Below are positions 11,157-21,274 of a DNA stretch of 64,000 nucleotides, one piece after another. The notes beneath the pieces are model-generated. The model saw only the letters and a program-made list of their open reading frames with translations, did not search any database and was not told where the DNA came from. A program made the position numbers and the translations under genes. Numbering within the stretch: position 1 is the stretch's first letter; every line of letters begins with the position of its first letter. Source of the DNA: an uncultured Verrucomicrobiae bacterium (GTDB lineage: Bacteria > Verrucomicrobiota > Verrucomicrobiia > Chthoniobacterales > Chthoniobacteraceae); assembly GCA_963836755.1 (NCBI GenBank), contig CAWIKF010000001.1:352001-416000 (forward strand), in the 5' to 3' direction.

Positions 11157-12929
11157 TTATTGCTTCCGCGCCCACGTATCTTTGAGCGTTGTCGTTCTGT
11201 TAAACACGAGCTTACTCGGCTCTGAATCAGAATCGAGCGCGAAATATCCAAGTCGCTCGAATTGGTAACGAAGTTGCTGTTCCGATTCCGCAAGCGCCGG
11301 CTCGCATTTCGCAGTCACAGTTTGAAGTGACTGCGGATTCAGGAACGATTTGAAATCACCCTCCGCGTCTGGTTCCGGCACAGTAAAAAGCCGGTCGTAG
11401 AGACGGACTTCTGCATCAAGTGCATGCGCGGCACTGACCCAATGTATCGTGCCTTTCACCTTTCGCTGCGCGGTGGCGCCGCCGGTTTTGCTTTCTAGAT
11501 CCACCGTGCAACGCAGCTCCGCGATTTCCCCGTTCGCGGCTCGCACGACCTCGTCACATTTGATGATGTATCCATATTTCAACCGCACTTCGCCTCCGGG
11601 CTTGAGCCGAAAAAATTTCGGCGGAGGCGCTTCCGCGAAATCTTCGCGCTCAATGAAAATCTCCCGCGTCAATGGAACCTTGCGCGTCCCTAAATCGACA
11701 TCGTTGGGATGATTCACCGCATCGAGTTCCTCGAAATGCCTTTCCGGAAGATTCGTGAGGACAACTTTGAGCGGATGGAGAACCGCGAGCCGGCGGAGTG
11801 CGCGGTTGTTTAAATCCTCGCGAACCACGTGTTCGAGCACGCTCGCCTCTGTCAGGCCGTTATATTTTGTGATGCCGATGTGGTAGGCAAATGCGCGCAG
11901 GGCTTCCGGAGTCACGCCGCGGCGCCGCAATCCAGAGATCGTCGGCAGGCGAGGATCGTCCCAACCGCTGACCAAATTTTCCTCCACGAGCTGCATCAAT
12001 TTTCGTTTGCTCATCACCGTGTAGGCGAGATTGAGCCGCGCGAATTCGTATTGATGCGGCAGCGGGCGCGCGAGATCGAGCGACTCCAAAATCCAGTCGT
12101 AGAGCGGTCGGTGCACCTCAAACTCGAGCGTGCAAATCGAGTGCGTGATCCCCTCGATGTAATCGCTCAGGCAGTGCGCGAAATCATACAGCGGATAGAT
12201 GCTCCAGCGCGCGCCGGTGTGATGATGCGCCGTGTGCCGGATGCGATAGAGCACAGGGTCGCGCAGCCAAACGTTGGGCGCAGACATGTCGATTTTGGCG
12301 CGAAGCGTGCGCGCGCCGTCGGGGAATTCGCCCCCTTTCATCCGGCCAAAAAGATCGAGATTTTCCGTGACCGAACGATTTCGAAAAGGGCTCTCGCGGC
12401 CCTCGCGGCGCGCGGCGTCCGTCTCCTCGGGCGACATGTCGCAGACGTAAGCGAGCCGTTTTCGAATGAGCCGCAGCGCGTAATGGTGGATCTGCTCGAA
12501 ATAATCGCTCGCGTAAAACGGCTCGGACGCCACTTCGGTGGAAGTCGCGAGCACGGGCGGCAGATGGAAATCCACGTCGCCATCCGCTTCGAGCGCGAAA
12601 GGCGTCTGTCCCGCGGGCTTGAAACCAAGGTTCGCGTCGGCCCAGCCGCCGATCAGCCAGCGCACGTCGGTGATGATGGAATCAACATACTCCACCTCTT
12701 CCTTCGCCGGATTAGTGTCGTCCATGCGCAGGTTGCAAACGCCTCCAAACTCATGCGCAATGCCGAAATTGAGGCAAATCGATTTTGCGTGGCCGATGTG
12801 CAGATAGCCATTTGGCTCCGGTGGAAATCGCGTGTGAATCCGCGGGTGCAAGCCGCTTTGCACATCCTGCGCGACAATCTCGCGAATGAAATCGGAAGGC
12901 GCGGGAGCAGGACTTTCGGGCACGTTCAT
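11157..12929 (-). CDS. glnS: Glutamine--tRNA ligase
   Basis: TRFPPEPNGYLHIGH (HIGH), MSKR (KMSKS equivalent), KVKGTIHWVS, QFERLGYF. Confidence 0.97.
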   Translation of the reverse strand: MNVPESPAPAPSDFIREIVAQDVQSGLHPRIHTRFPPEPNGYLHIGHAKSICLNFGIAHEFGGVCNLRMDDTNPAKEEVEYVDSIITDVRWLIGGWADANLGFKPAGQTPFALEADGDVDFHLPPVLATSTEVASEPFYASDYFEQIHHYALRLIRKRLAYVCDMSPEETDAARREGRESPFRNRSVTENLDLFGRMKGGEFPDGARTLRAKIDMSAPNVWLRDPVLYRIRHTAHHHTGARWSIYPLYDFAHCLSDYIEGITHSICTLEFEVHRPLYDWILESLDLARPLPHQYEFARLNLAYTVMSKRKLMQLVEENLVSGWDDPRLPTISGLRRRGVTPEALRAFAYHIGITKYNGLTEASVLEHVVREDLNNRALRRLAVLHPLKVVLTNLPERHFEELDAVNHPNDVDLGTRKVPLTREIFIEREDFAEAPPPKFFRLKPGGEVRLKYGYIIKCDEVVRAANGEIAELRCTVDLESKTGGATAQRKVKGTIHWVSAAHALDAEVRLYDRLFTVPEPDAEGDFKSFLNPQSLQTVTAKCEPALAESEQQLRYQFERLGYFALDSDSEPSKLVFNRTTTLKDTWARKQ

Positions 12930-13024
12930 CAGCAGAGCAACGTAGCAGAGCCGCGCGCGGCGGTTCAACATTCGCGCGCTCGTTTGTCTGTTTCATCGCG
13001 CTCGCGTTCCGCTAAAATCGAGCG

Positions 13025-13948
13025 ATGGCGAAAGACGTTTACACGCTCGCGGATTTGCAGGATTGGAAAACGGCCACAGCCGATGCGTCGCCGCCGCTGC
13101 GCCTTTCGGTTTTCGGAGATCCTGTCGCGCATTCCAAATCTCCGCCGATGCAGAATGCGGCGTTGGAAAAATGCGGTATTGAGGCGCGCTACACGCGTTT
13201 AAACATCCGTGCCGACGAACTTTCCTCGGCACTGCGTTTGCTGGCGCGCGCCGGCTTCATCGGCGCGAATCTGACCATCCCGCACAAGACCGCTGCGCTT
13301 CCGCTGCTGGACGAAGTGAGCGAGCACGCGCGTTGCATTGGCGCGGTGAATACGGTGCGTGTTGATGGTGAAAAGTTGATCGGCTCGAACACTGACGGGC
13401 CTGGCTTCGTCCGCGCGATTCGCGGGGATTTTGGCGTCGATCTGCGCGACCTGCGCGTGCTCATTCTCGGATCCGGCGGCGGCGCTGGCCGCGCGATTGC
13501 CGTTCAATGTGCCTTGGAAAACTGCGAGCGACTGGTGCTCGCGAATCGCACTTTTTCAAAGGCGCAAACGCTCGCGGCGGAGCTCGCGCCGTATTTTAGA
13601 AGCGCACGGCTTCTCGGTCCTGTCGCGCGGCTTGAAGCAGTCCCGCTCGAGATTCACGCCATCCGGCCCCAGTTGCAAAACATCGATCTCATCGTGAACG
13701 CAAGCTCGGTCGGGATGAAAAATACGGACGCGCCGTTGCTGCCCAGCTCGGCCCTCGCGCCGCATTTACTCGTTTTTGACGCTGTTTATACAACCCATCA
13801 CACACCGTTGCTTGAGGCTGCGGAGTTGGCCGGCGCGCGCGTTGCGAATGGAATGTCGATGCTGTTGCATCAAGGCGCGCTCGCATTTGAAACGTGGTTC
13901 AACCGCGATGCTCCGCTGGATGCGATGCGCGCGGCGCTTTCGCAATGA
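13025..13948 (+). CDS. aroE: Shikimate dehydrogenase
   Basis: GDPVAHSKSPPMQN, GANLTIPHK, GAVNT, NTDGPGF, GMSMLLHQG. Confidence 0.97.
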   Translation: MAKDVYTLADLQDWKTATADASPPLRLSVFGDPVAHSKSPPMQNAALEKCGIEARYTRLNIRADELSSALRLLARAGFIGANLTIPHKTAALPLLDEVSEHARCIGAVNTVRVDGEKLIGSNTDGPGFVRAIRGDFGVDLRDLRVLILGSGGGAGRAIAVQCALENCERLVLANRTFSKAQTLAAELAPYFRSARLLGPVARLEAVPLEIHAIRPQLQNIDLIVNASSVGMKNTDAPLLPSSALAPHLLVFDAVYTTHHTPLLEAAELAGARVANGMSMLLHQGALAFETWFNRDAPLDAMRAALSQ

Positions 13949-13957
13949 AAACCCGGA

Positions 13958-14716
13958 TCAATGAAACGGCGAAATATAAACGCGCATGAGATTCACGCGG
14001 CCGCCTGTCCAAAACCAGCGTTTCGGAAAATCGAAGCTCCGGCTTTTCTCAAAATAATTGAGTGTGCCGATCTGGCCCGGATAATTCGGATCGTAAAGAT
14101 CGAAGCGGATGTCGCCATTCGCGGCGCGATGATAGTCAAAAAGAATCACGCAATGGTTCATCCACGGGAAGCGGCTGATGTAAACGGCCTGCAGTTCGCC
14201 GCGATCGAGCGCGCGCGTGAGCATGCGCGCAGCGAGCGCCTGGCCCCAGCGCGGAAACGGGCCGACCATGCGCCAGTTGCCGATGCGGAGATAGGTCGGG
14301 AACCAGTTTCCGAGTTCTTCTTTTAGAAGATGTTCGCGGCCGCGAGAGAAGTCGCGCAGGTCCGCATAGCCGGGAATCCTTATGTGATCAGCCTTTGCGG
14401 GCATCCATGCCGGAATGCGGCTGATGTGACGGACGAGCTCGCGGTATTTTTTTTCCGAAACGCGCGGCTCGTCTGATGCGAACATCGCGAATTTATGAAA
14501 CTGCAAAACGGCGCGACCAAGCACAAAGCAGCGATGCGAAAAATCGGGCGCTTTTTCTTTTCGTTGCATCGTGAGATGGCCGGTCTCGTCGACGCCGTAG
14601 GCAAAGACGGTGTCGTTTGAAAAAGCAAAAGTGTCTGCACGCGGATCAAAGTTGGGCGCGGCTTTCCCGCTGTTGAGCAGGATGAAAAGGAAGACGAGCG
14701 AAAAAAAATTGCGCAT
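13958..14716 (-). CDS. Secreted hypothetical protein, possible papain-like Cys-His-Asp fold
   Basis: Signal-peptide-like MRNFFSLVFLFILLNSGKA; motifs RCFVL, NHCVI, YDPN. Confidence 0.7.
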   Translation of the reverse strand: MRNFFSLVFLFILLNSGKAAPNFDPRADTFAFSNDTVFAYGVDETGHLTMQRKEKAPDFSHRCFVLGRAVLQFHKFAMFASDEPRVSEKKYRELVRHISRIPAWMPAKADHIRIPGYADLRDFSRGREHLLKEELGNWFPTYLRIGNWRMVGPFPRWGQALAARMLTRALDRGELQAVYISRFPWMNHCVILFDYHRAANGDIRFDLYDPNYPGQIGTLNYFEKSRSFDFPKRWFWTGGRVNLMRVYISPFH

Positions 14717-14848
14717 TCGAAGAGGCGGGACTGTAAAAGAAATGCGTCGAGGCGCAATGGCGCGGCTGTGAAGACTGGCGTAAAGGCCAAGGCAAAATCT
14801 ACGCGCTGCTGCGACATTTGATTCCATCCCATGCGATATTTTTAAGTC

Positions 14849-16144
14849 ATGTCTGAAGTGCCGCTCACCTCTCCAGCGTCCGCGAATCAAGCTCCCATCG
14901 GCTCTGGCGTGCTGCGACAGACTTTTCGCGCGCTTCGGTATCGCAACTTTCGCCTTTTCACCGCAGGTCAGATCATCTCGCTCATCGGCACGTGGATGGA
15001 GCAGACGGCGATGGGCTGGCTCGTGTATCAACTGACGAATTCGACGTTTTTGCTAGGAGTCGTGACGGCCGCGGGCACTGCGCCGATGTTGCTTTTTTCC
15101 ATGTGGGGCGGCGTGCTTGCGGATCGTTTGCCGAAACGCTGGATTCTGGTGGCGACGCAAATCGCGGCGATGATTTTCGCTTTCACGCTCGCGACGCTGG
15201 TCTGGCTCGGCCATGTGCGGCCGTGGCAGATCGTGCTGGTCGCGGCGCTCAATGGCGTGGCGATGGGCTTCGACATGCCGGCGCGCCAGTCGTTCGTGAT
15301 GGAGATGACGAGTCGCGAGGATTTGATGAATGCGATCTCGCTGAATAGCTCCGTGTTTAATTGCGCGCGCTTGATCGGGCCTGCGCTCGCGGGCTACACG
15401 CTCGCGCGGAGCGGCGCGGCGACGTGTCTTTTTTTGAATGGCGCTAGTTTCATCGCGGCGATTGTGGCGCTGATTTTGATGCGCTTTCCGGCGCACGCGC
15501 CCGCGCCGGAAACGGGCGACGGCAGCGGCCGCGTGCGCGAGGCGCTGCTTTATGTCCGGCACCATCCGCGTGTGCTCACGATCATGTCGCTCTTCGCGGT
15601 CGTGGGCGTCTTCGGTTGGTCGTATTCCGTGCTGCTGCCCGCTTACACGCGCGACGTGCTCGGGCTCGGCGCGGACGGATTCGGCGCGTTGCTTTCCGCT
15701 GCCGGGTTTGGCGCGCTCGCGGGCGCCCTCACAGTCGCGTCGGTCGGGCACAAATTCACGTCGCGCGCGCTCGCGCTGAATGGCGTCTGGTTTTTCTCAG
15801 CGATGCTGTTGATCTTTTCCGTTGCGAGAAATCTGCCAGTCGCGCTCGTGGCGCAGGCACTCACGGCTTTCGGCATGATGCTTTTTTTCTCAACGTCAAA
15901 CACGACGCTCCAGCAAATTGTCCCCGACGAAATGCGCGGCCGCGTGATGGGAATCTGGTCGCTGATTTTTGGCGCGATGATTCCGATCGGGAGCATCGAA
16001 GCCGGCTTGCTCGCGCGCGGCATCGGCATCCGCTGGACGATTGCGCTTGGCGCCGTGATTTGCGGCGGCGGGGCGCTCGTCACGCTCGTCGTCGTGAAAC
16101 GCCGCGAGGCGACGCTGGCCGCGGCTGCTGCCGCGAAAGCTTAG
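14849..16144 (+). CDS. MFS transporter (MFS_3/DUF894-like)
   Basis: About 12 hydrophobic segments; LRYRNFRLF..GQIISLIGTWM, GGVLADRLPKR, VPDEMRGRVM. Confidence 0.93.
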   Translation: MSEVPLTSPASANQAPIGSGVLRQTFRALRYRNFRLFTAGQIISLIGTWMEQTAMGWLVYQLTNSTFLLGVVTAAGTAPMLLFSMWGGVLADRLPKRWILVATQIAAMIFAFTLATLVWLGHVRPWQIVLVAALNGVAMGFDMPARQSFVMEMTSREDLMNAISLNSSVFNCARLIGPALAGYTLARSGAATCLFLNGASFIAAIVALILMRFPAHAPAPETGDGSGRVREALLYVRHHPRVLTIMSLFAVVGVFGWSYSVLLPAYTRDVLGLGADGFGALLSAAGFGALAGALTVASVGHKFTSRALALNGVWFFSAMLLIFSVARNLPVALVAQALTAFGMMLFFSTSNTTLQQIVPDEMRGRVMGIWSLIFGAMIPIGSIEAGLLARGIGIRWTIALGAVICGGGALVTLVVVKRREATLAAAAAAKA

Positions 16145-16145
16145 G

Positions 16146-17993
16146 CTAATCGCTTTCTTCCGCGGCTGGTGCGGGCGTCGGCGTCGGTTCCGCCTTGCGT
16201 GAATGTTGTTTAATCTTCCGTTTATCTGCGGTCTCGTTTTTGAAAAGTTGATTCAGCACTTTGCCAACCATCGGCGCGGCGTAAGTGCCACCGTGCGCGC
16301 TTTGATTGACCTCGCCTTCATACAGCGCGGCAAAGGCGTAGCGCGGCTTATCCGCCGGCGCGAATCCGGCGAACCATGCCGCGTTGCGCTCGCGGTTCTT
16401 CGGTCCCCATTGCGCGGTGCCGGTTTTGCCGGCGACGTCGATGCCATTCACGCCGGCTTTTCCCGCTGTGCCCATCGAGCTCGAGACGACGGCGACCATC
16501 GCTTTTTTTAACTCCGCCAAAGTTTTCGGATCGATGTCGAGCGTGCCGCGTGCGCCGACTTCGTAGGCCGTGACGATTTGGCTGTCGATGCTCTGCACCT
16601 GCTGCACGAGACGCGTGCGATACAGCGTGCCGCCGTTGCCGACTGCGCCCATCGCCTGCGCCATTTGCAGCGGCGTCACGAGCACGTCCCCTTGGCCGAT
16701 GGAAAGGTTCGCAATGTCGCCGTCGAGATATTTGCGGCCGTAAACTTTTTTCATGTATTCCTCGGTCGGGATGCGCCCCTCGGCTTCGCTCGCAAGCGGA
16801 ATGCCGGTTTTGCTTCCGAAGCCCATTTTCTCCGCCCAATCAATGATCGGCTGCGCGCCGATTTTGAGCCCGACCTGGTAAAACCAGGTGTCGCAAGATT
16901 GCGCGAGCGCGTCGTGAAAGTTCAGCATTCCGGAATCCGTTTTTTTCCAGTTCCGGAAAGTGAGATTGCCGACTTGCAGCGCGTGCGGGCAGTTGAATTC
17001 GTCATCCGGTTTGATCGAATGGCTTTCGAGCGCGGCAAGCCCGACCGTCACTTTGAAGGTCGAGCCCGGCGGATAAGCGGAACGAAAAGCGCGCGGGAGC
17101 AGCGGCACATTCGGATCGTCCTTTAACGCCTTGAAAGCCTCCGCGGAGATCGTCGGGATGAACGCGTTCGGGTTGTAATCCGGCCACGAAGCCATCGCCA
17201 GCACGTCGCCATTGTTCGGATCGATTACGACGAGCGCGCCGCGCTTCGCGTTTGCAGAAAGCGCCTCTTCCGCGAGGCGCTGAATATTTTCGTCAAGCGT
17301 GGTGACGACGTTGTAGCCAGGCTGTGGAGGAATCACGATTTTCTCCGAAGCCTTTCGCCCATTTGCGTCAAATGCGATGTTCAGCTGGCCGGTTTTGCCG
17401 ATTAGCTGATCGTTAAACGTCTGTTCCAGTCCCTCGCGACCTTCCGCAGTCGGCCAGATCATTTCGTTGTTTTGAATCTGCCCATCCGGCGTGCGCCCAG
17501 CGCGGCCCGCGTAGCCGATGATGTGGCCGGCGAGCGCCCCGTTGGGATAAAAGCGCTGATAGATCGGATGCAGCGTCAGCGTGTCGGGCGCGCGCGTTTT
17601 CACGGCCTCGATCTCCTTCGGCGTCAGGTCAAATGCGATGTCGAGCGGGAGGATGCCTCGATTTTTATAATGTTTGGCAATCTGTTCATCCGAAGCCGTC
17701 AGCCTCGTCTCCAGCATCCCGCGCGCGATTTCCATCTGCTCGTGCGCAAACCGAAGCGCCCCGTTGTCCGTCAGATTCAGCGGCGTTGGAAAATTGATCG
17801 CGAGGTTGTAGCTCACGCGCGTCTGCGCGAGCGGCAGCCCGTTCCGGTCCACGATCTGACCGCGCGGTGCCGGAATTTGTAAGAAATAGGTGCGCGCGTG
17901 CTTTTGCGTCTCCCAGCTCGGCGCAAGCGCGTTTTCCGGAGTTTGACCGCACGCGAGACTGGCGAAAAAGCAGAACAAAACTGTGCGGCGCAT
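16146..17993 (-). CDS. mrdA: Penicillin-binding protein 2 (class B transpeptidase)
   Basis: IPAPRGQIVDRNG; SxxK (PGSTFK), SCD, KTG motifs. Confidence 0.9.
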   Translation of the reverse strand: MRRTVLFCFFASLACGQTPENALAPSWETQKHARTYFLQIPAPRGQIVDRNGLPLAQTRVSYNLAINFPTPLNLTDNGALRFAHEQMEIARGMLETRLTASDEQIAKHYKNRGILPLDIAFDLTPKEIEAVKTRAPDTLTLHPIYQRFYPNGALAGHIIGYAGRAGRTPDGQIQNNEMIWPTAEGREGLEQTFNDQLIGKTGQLNIAFDANGRKASEKIVIPPQPGYNVVTTLDENIQRLAEEALSANAKRGALVVIDPNNGDVLAMASWPDYNPNAFIPTISAEAFKALKDDPNVPLLPRAFRSAYPPGSTFKVTVGLAALESHSIKPDDEFNCPHALQVGNLTFRNWKKTDSGMLNFHDALAQSCDTWFYQVGLKIGAQPIIDWAEKMGFGSKTGIPLASEAEGRIPTEEYMKKVYGRKYLDGDIANLSIGQGDVLVTPLQMAQAMGAVGNGGTLYRTRLVQQVQSIDSQIVTAYEVGARGTLDIDPKTLAELKKAMVAVVSSSMGTAGKAGVNGIDVAGKTGTAQWGPKNRERNAAWFAGFAPADKPRYAFAALYEGEVNQSAHGGTYAAPMVGKVLNQLFKNETADKRKIKQHSRKAEPTPTPAPAAEESD

Positions 17994-18051
17994 GAACGGA
18001 CAATTTAAATGCGTCGCGCGCGAAAACAAAAGTTACTTCCGCGCCCGGATT

Positions 18052-19998
18052 TCAGGCCGTGGAAGCCGCGGCTGACTTTTGCGTCAGCTCCTCCCACTGC
18101 GCGGTCAACCGCGCGAGGTCCTCGGTGATCGCGAGCAGCTCGCGGTTTAGCTGCACCGCCGCTCCACCTGCCGCGTAAGATTCCGGATTTTCCAATTCCG
18201 CCGCCACATCTTTTTGGCGTCCCTCAAGATTAGCGATCTGCATTTCGAGGCTCTCAATATGTTTTTGCTGATCACGTTTCGACTTTGCCTCCGCCTTTCG
18301 TTTCTCGGCCTCGGCGCGCTTTCTTTCACGCATCTCGCGCATCCCCAGTCCGGGCGCAGCCGAAACTTTCTCCTCAATTTTCGGCTGCGCGTTTTGCAAT
18401 TTGTCGCCTGCCGTCAACGCCGCGCGTGCTGAAACCGCGCGCGATTTTTCGAGGTAATAATCGTAGTCGCCAGCGTATGGCGTCAAAGTTCCCGCGCTGA
18501 TGTGCAGCACATTTTTCGCAACAGCGCGGATGAAATGCACGTCGTGGCTGATGAAAATCAGCGTCCCTTCATATTGCGCGAGCGCGCCGATCAGCGCGTC
18601 GATGCTGCCGACGTCGAGGTGCGTCGTCGGCTCGTCCATGAGCAAAAGATTCGGCGGATCGAGCAGCAATTTCACGAGTGCGAGCCTTGTCTTTTCTCCG
18701 CCGCTCAGCACCGCAACCGGCTTGAATACATCATCGCCGCGAAACAGGAATGAACCGAGGACCGTGCGCGCGGTTTGCTCGGATACTGGGTTCGGCATGT
18801 CGCGCGTCGCCTCCAGCACGGTATGCCGCGTGTTTAACATCTCGACGCGATGCTGTGAAAAATAGCCGGTTTTGATGTTGTGCCCGAGCTCGCGTTCACC
18901 GCTTTGCACTTGTAAGACTCCCGCCAGCAACTTGAGCAGCGTCGATTTGCCGGCGCCATTCGGGCCGACGAGCACCGTGCGCTGCCCGCGCTCGGCTTCA
19001 TAATTCAAGCCGCGATAAACCGTGAGATCGCCGTAAGCGTAATCAATATTTTTGAGCGTGATAACGCGCGTGCCGCCGCGCGGCGGCTGCGGAAAACGGA
19101 AATGGACGGTGCGCGCCTGCGCGAGCGGCGCCTCGATTTTTTCCATCCGCTCGATTTGCTTGAGCTTGCTCTGGGCCTGCGAAGCTTTGCTGGCCTTGGC
19201 CCGGAAGCGATCTGCGAATTCCTGCAACGATGCAATTTCACGCTGCTGATTTTTGTATGCGGAGAGCTGTTGCTCCTCGCGCGCGGCTTTTTGCTCGACG
19301 TAGCTGTCCCAATTTCCGCGGTAGCGATGCAGCCGGCGATGCGCGATCTCGACAATGGAGCCGACCAGCTGATTCAGAAACTCGCGGTCGTGCGAGATCA
19401 TCAAAATCGCGCCGGCGTAGTTACGTAGATATTCCTGAAACCAGACGAGCGACTCGAGATCGAGATGGTTCGTCGGCTCATCGAGCAGCAGCAAATCGGG
19501 CTCCTGCACGAGCAGCCGCGCGAGATGCGCGCGCATGATCCAGCCGCCGCTCAGTGCTTTTGCTGGGCGATCAAAATCGCTTTCGCGAAACGCGAGGCCA
19601 TTCAAAATTCGCTTCGCCTTTGGCTCGAGCTGCCAGCCGCCGTGCTCGTCAAAAATCGCGAGCGCATCGTGATGCTCATCAGAATCTTCCGGGGTCCTTT
19701 TTAAAATCCGCTGCGCCTGCGCGAGCTCGGGCGAAACGGCGCAAGCCAGCTCCAGCACAGTCTCTTCGCCCGCCGCCGCGCTTTCCTGCGGGAGAAAACC
19801 GACAGTAGCCGAACGCTCGATCGAGACGCGCCCTTCATCCGCCGAAGCCTCTCCGAGGATGAGCGAAAAGAGCGTCGATTTTCCCGCGCCATTCGGGCCG
19901 ACGAGGCCGACGCGATCGCCGCGATTGACCTGCAGCGACGCCTCCTCAAAGAGCGTGCGGCCGCCAAAACTTTTCGTGACTTGCGAAAGCGTGAGCAT
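18052..19998 (-). CDS. ABC-F family ATPase
   Basis: Two ABC domains (GPNGAGKST twice, LSGG, DEPTNHLD), no TM segments, C-terminal coiled coil. Confidence 0.95.
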   Translation of the reverse strand: MLTLSQVTKSFGGRTLFEEASLQVNRGDRVGLVGPNGAGKSTLFSLILGEASADEGRVSIERSATVGFLPQESAAAGEETVLELACAVSPELAQAQRILKRTPEDSDEHHDALAIFDEHGGWQLEPKAKRILNGLAFRESDFDRPAKALSGGWIMRAHLARLLVQEPDLLLLDEPTNHLDLESLVWFQEYLRNYAGAILMISHDREFLNQLVGSIVEIAHRRLHRYRGNWDSYVEQKAAREEQQLSAYKNQQREIASLQEFADRFRAKASKASQAQSKLKQIERMEKIEAPLAQARTVHFRFPQPPRGGTRVITLKNIDYAYGDLTVYRGLNYEAERGQRTVLVGPNGAGKSTLLKLLAGVLQVQSGERELGHNIKTGYFSQHRVEMLNTRHTVLEATRDMPNPVSEQTARTVLGSFLFRGDDVFKPVAVLSGGEKTRLALVKLLLDPPNLLLMDEPTTHLDVGSIDALIGALAQYEGTLIFISHDVHFIRAVAKNVLHISAGTLTPYAGDYDYYLEKSRAVSARAALTAGDKLQNAQPKIEEKVSAAPGLGMREMRERKRAEAEKRKAEAKSKRDQQKHIESLEMQIANLEGRQKDVAAELENPESYAAGGAAVQLNRELLAITEDLARLTAQWEELTQKSAAASTA

Positions 19999-20107
19999 GA
20001 AAAAGGCGGCTAATGTCGCCCGCGCGAAACGAATTGCAAGATCGGTGGTTCAACTCAAAATATCTTTTACCTCAGCCGTCGCCGTTTCCCCACCTGCCTC
20101 GATTTTC

Positions 20108-20707
20108 ATGAGCGAAAAAAATCCGCGCGACGATGCGTCACCCGACGCGCAGGATGTCGCGTGGATGCACGCGATCGCGGAGGGCGACATGCGGGCGCTC
20201 GAGAGTTTGATCGAGACGCACCAGGCGCGTGTCATCGGCACCGTGGCGAAGATGCTCGGCGACCAGACTGATGCGGAGGACATCTCGCAGCAGGTTTTCA
20301 TCCGCGTCTGGAAATCCGCGCCGCGCTATCAGCCGACGGCAAAGTTCACCACGTGGTTGTTTAAAATAACGCGGAACCTTGTTTTCAATGAATTGCGCCG
20401 CCGCAAACGGCATCCTGCGACGGCGCTGGAGTCGGAGGAAATTGAGCATCATTTCCAGGCCACCGATTCCGGAGTGCTCGCGCCCGATGCCGGGATGCTC
20501 GATGCGGAGATGCAGGCGGCGGTGCAGACGGCGATCGACTCGCTGCCGGAAGCGCAGCGGCTCGCGGTCATTCTTCGCCGCTACGAGGACATGCCTTACG
20601 AGGAAATCGGCGAGGTGCTCGGGCTCACGGTGCCGGCCGTGAAAAGCGTTCTTTTTCGCGCGCGCGCGGATCTTCGCGAAAAGTTGAAGCGCTATCTCGA
20701 CGCCTAG
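20108..20707 (+). CDS. ECF sigma-70 factor
   Basis: DAEDISQQVFIRVW, FTTWLFKITRN, YEEIGEVLGLTVPAVKSVLFRAR. Confidence 0.95.
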   Translation: MSEKNPRDDASPDAQDVAWMHAIAEGDMRALESLIETHQARVIGTVAKMLGDQTDAEDISQQVFIRVWKSAPRYQPTAKFTTWLFKITRNLVFNELRRRKRHPATALESEEIEHHFQATDSGVLAPDAGMLDAEMQAAVQTAIDSLPEAQRLAVILRRYEDMPYEEIGEVLGLTVPAVKSVLFRARADLREKLKRYLDA

Positions 20708-21180
20708 CGGAACGCGTAAATCAGCGACCAGCGGCTCTTCGGCGGCGCGTTCTGCATGTCGGTGATCACATAATAAAAAGCGGTCCGGCGCGGAACAATG
20801 TGCGCGCCAGCGGCATGCGCCTTTCGCCAATATTCCGACTCCGCGATGTTGCCGTCGTCGTCATAAACGTGGACGGAGATGACGGTGTTCGTCGCCTCCG
20901 TCGAAGCGCAAAACCAATATTCGTTGCCCTTGAAAAGTTGGATCGTGATGACGTTCTGGGTCGTCGCGCCGAGCTCGCCGCTCCAATATTCTTCGCGGAT
21001 GGTGAAGCCTTGTTTTACAAACGGCTGAATGCCGTCCACGGCATACGAAAGCGTGCGATCCACTTTTTCCGACAGCGATCCGGGCTGATGCTTTTTGCGC
21101 TCCGCCAGCGAAGTGCGCGGAACGGCGGCCAGCGCGATCAAAAGGCAGAGCGCGGCAGCGGGGAGCGTCGGATTTCGCAT
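20704..21180 (-). CDS. Small secreted hypothetical protein (beta-sandwich/PPC-like)
   Basis: Signal-peptide-like N-terminus; LFKGNEYWF..SVHVYDDDGN pattern. Confidence 0.65.
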   Translation of the reverse strand: MRNPTLPAAALCLLIALAAVPRTSLAERKKHQPGSLSEKVDRTLSYAVDGIQPFVKQGFTIREEYWSGELGATTQNVITIQLFKGNEYWFCASTEATNTVISVHVYDDDGNIAESEYWRKAHAAGAHIVPRRTAFYYVITDMQNAPPKSRWSLIYAFR

Positions 21181-21274
21181 GAGATTGTCGGAAAGGGTAA
21201 GCGAAGAGTGCGCGGCTGTCGAACATGCCGCGTTCCTCTCGACAAGCCGGCGGCGCTGTGAAAACTGCGTGCCG

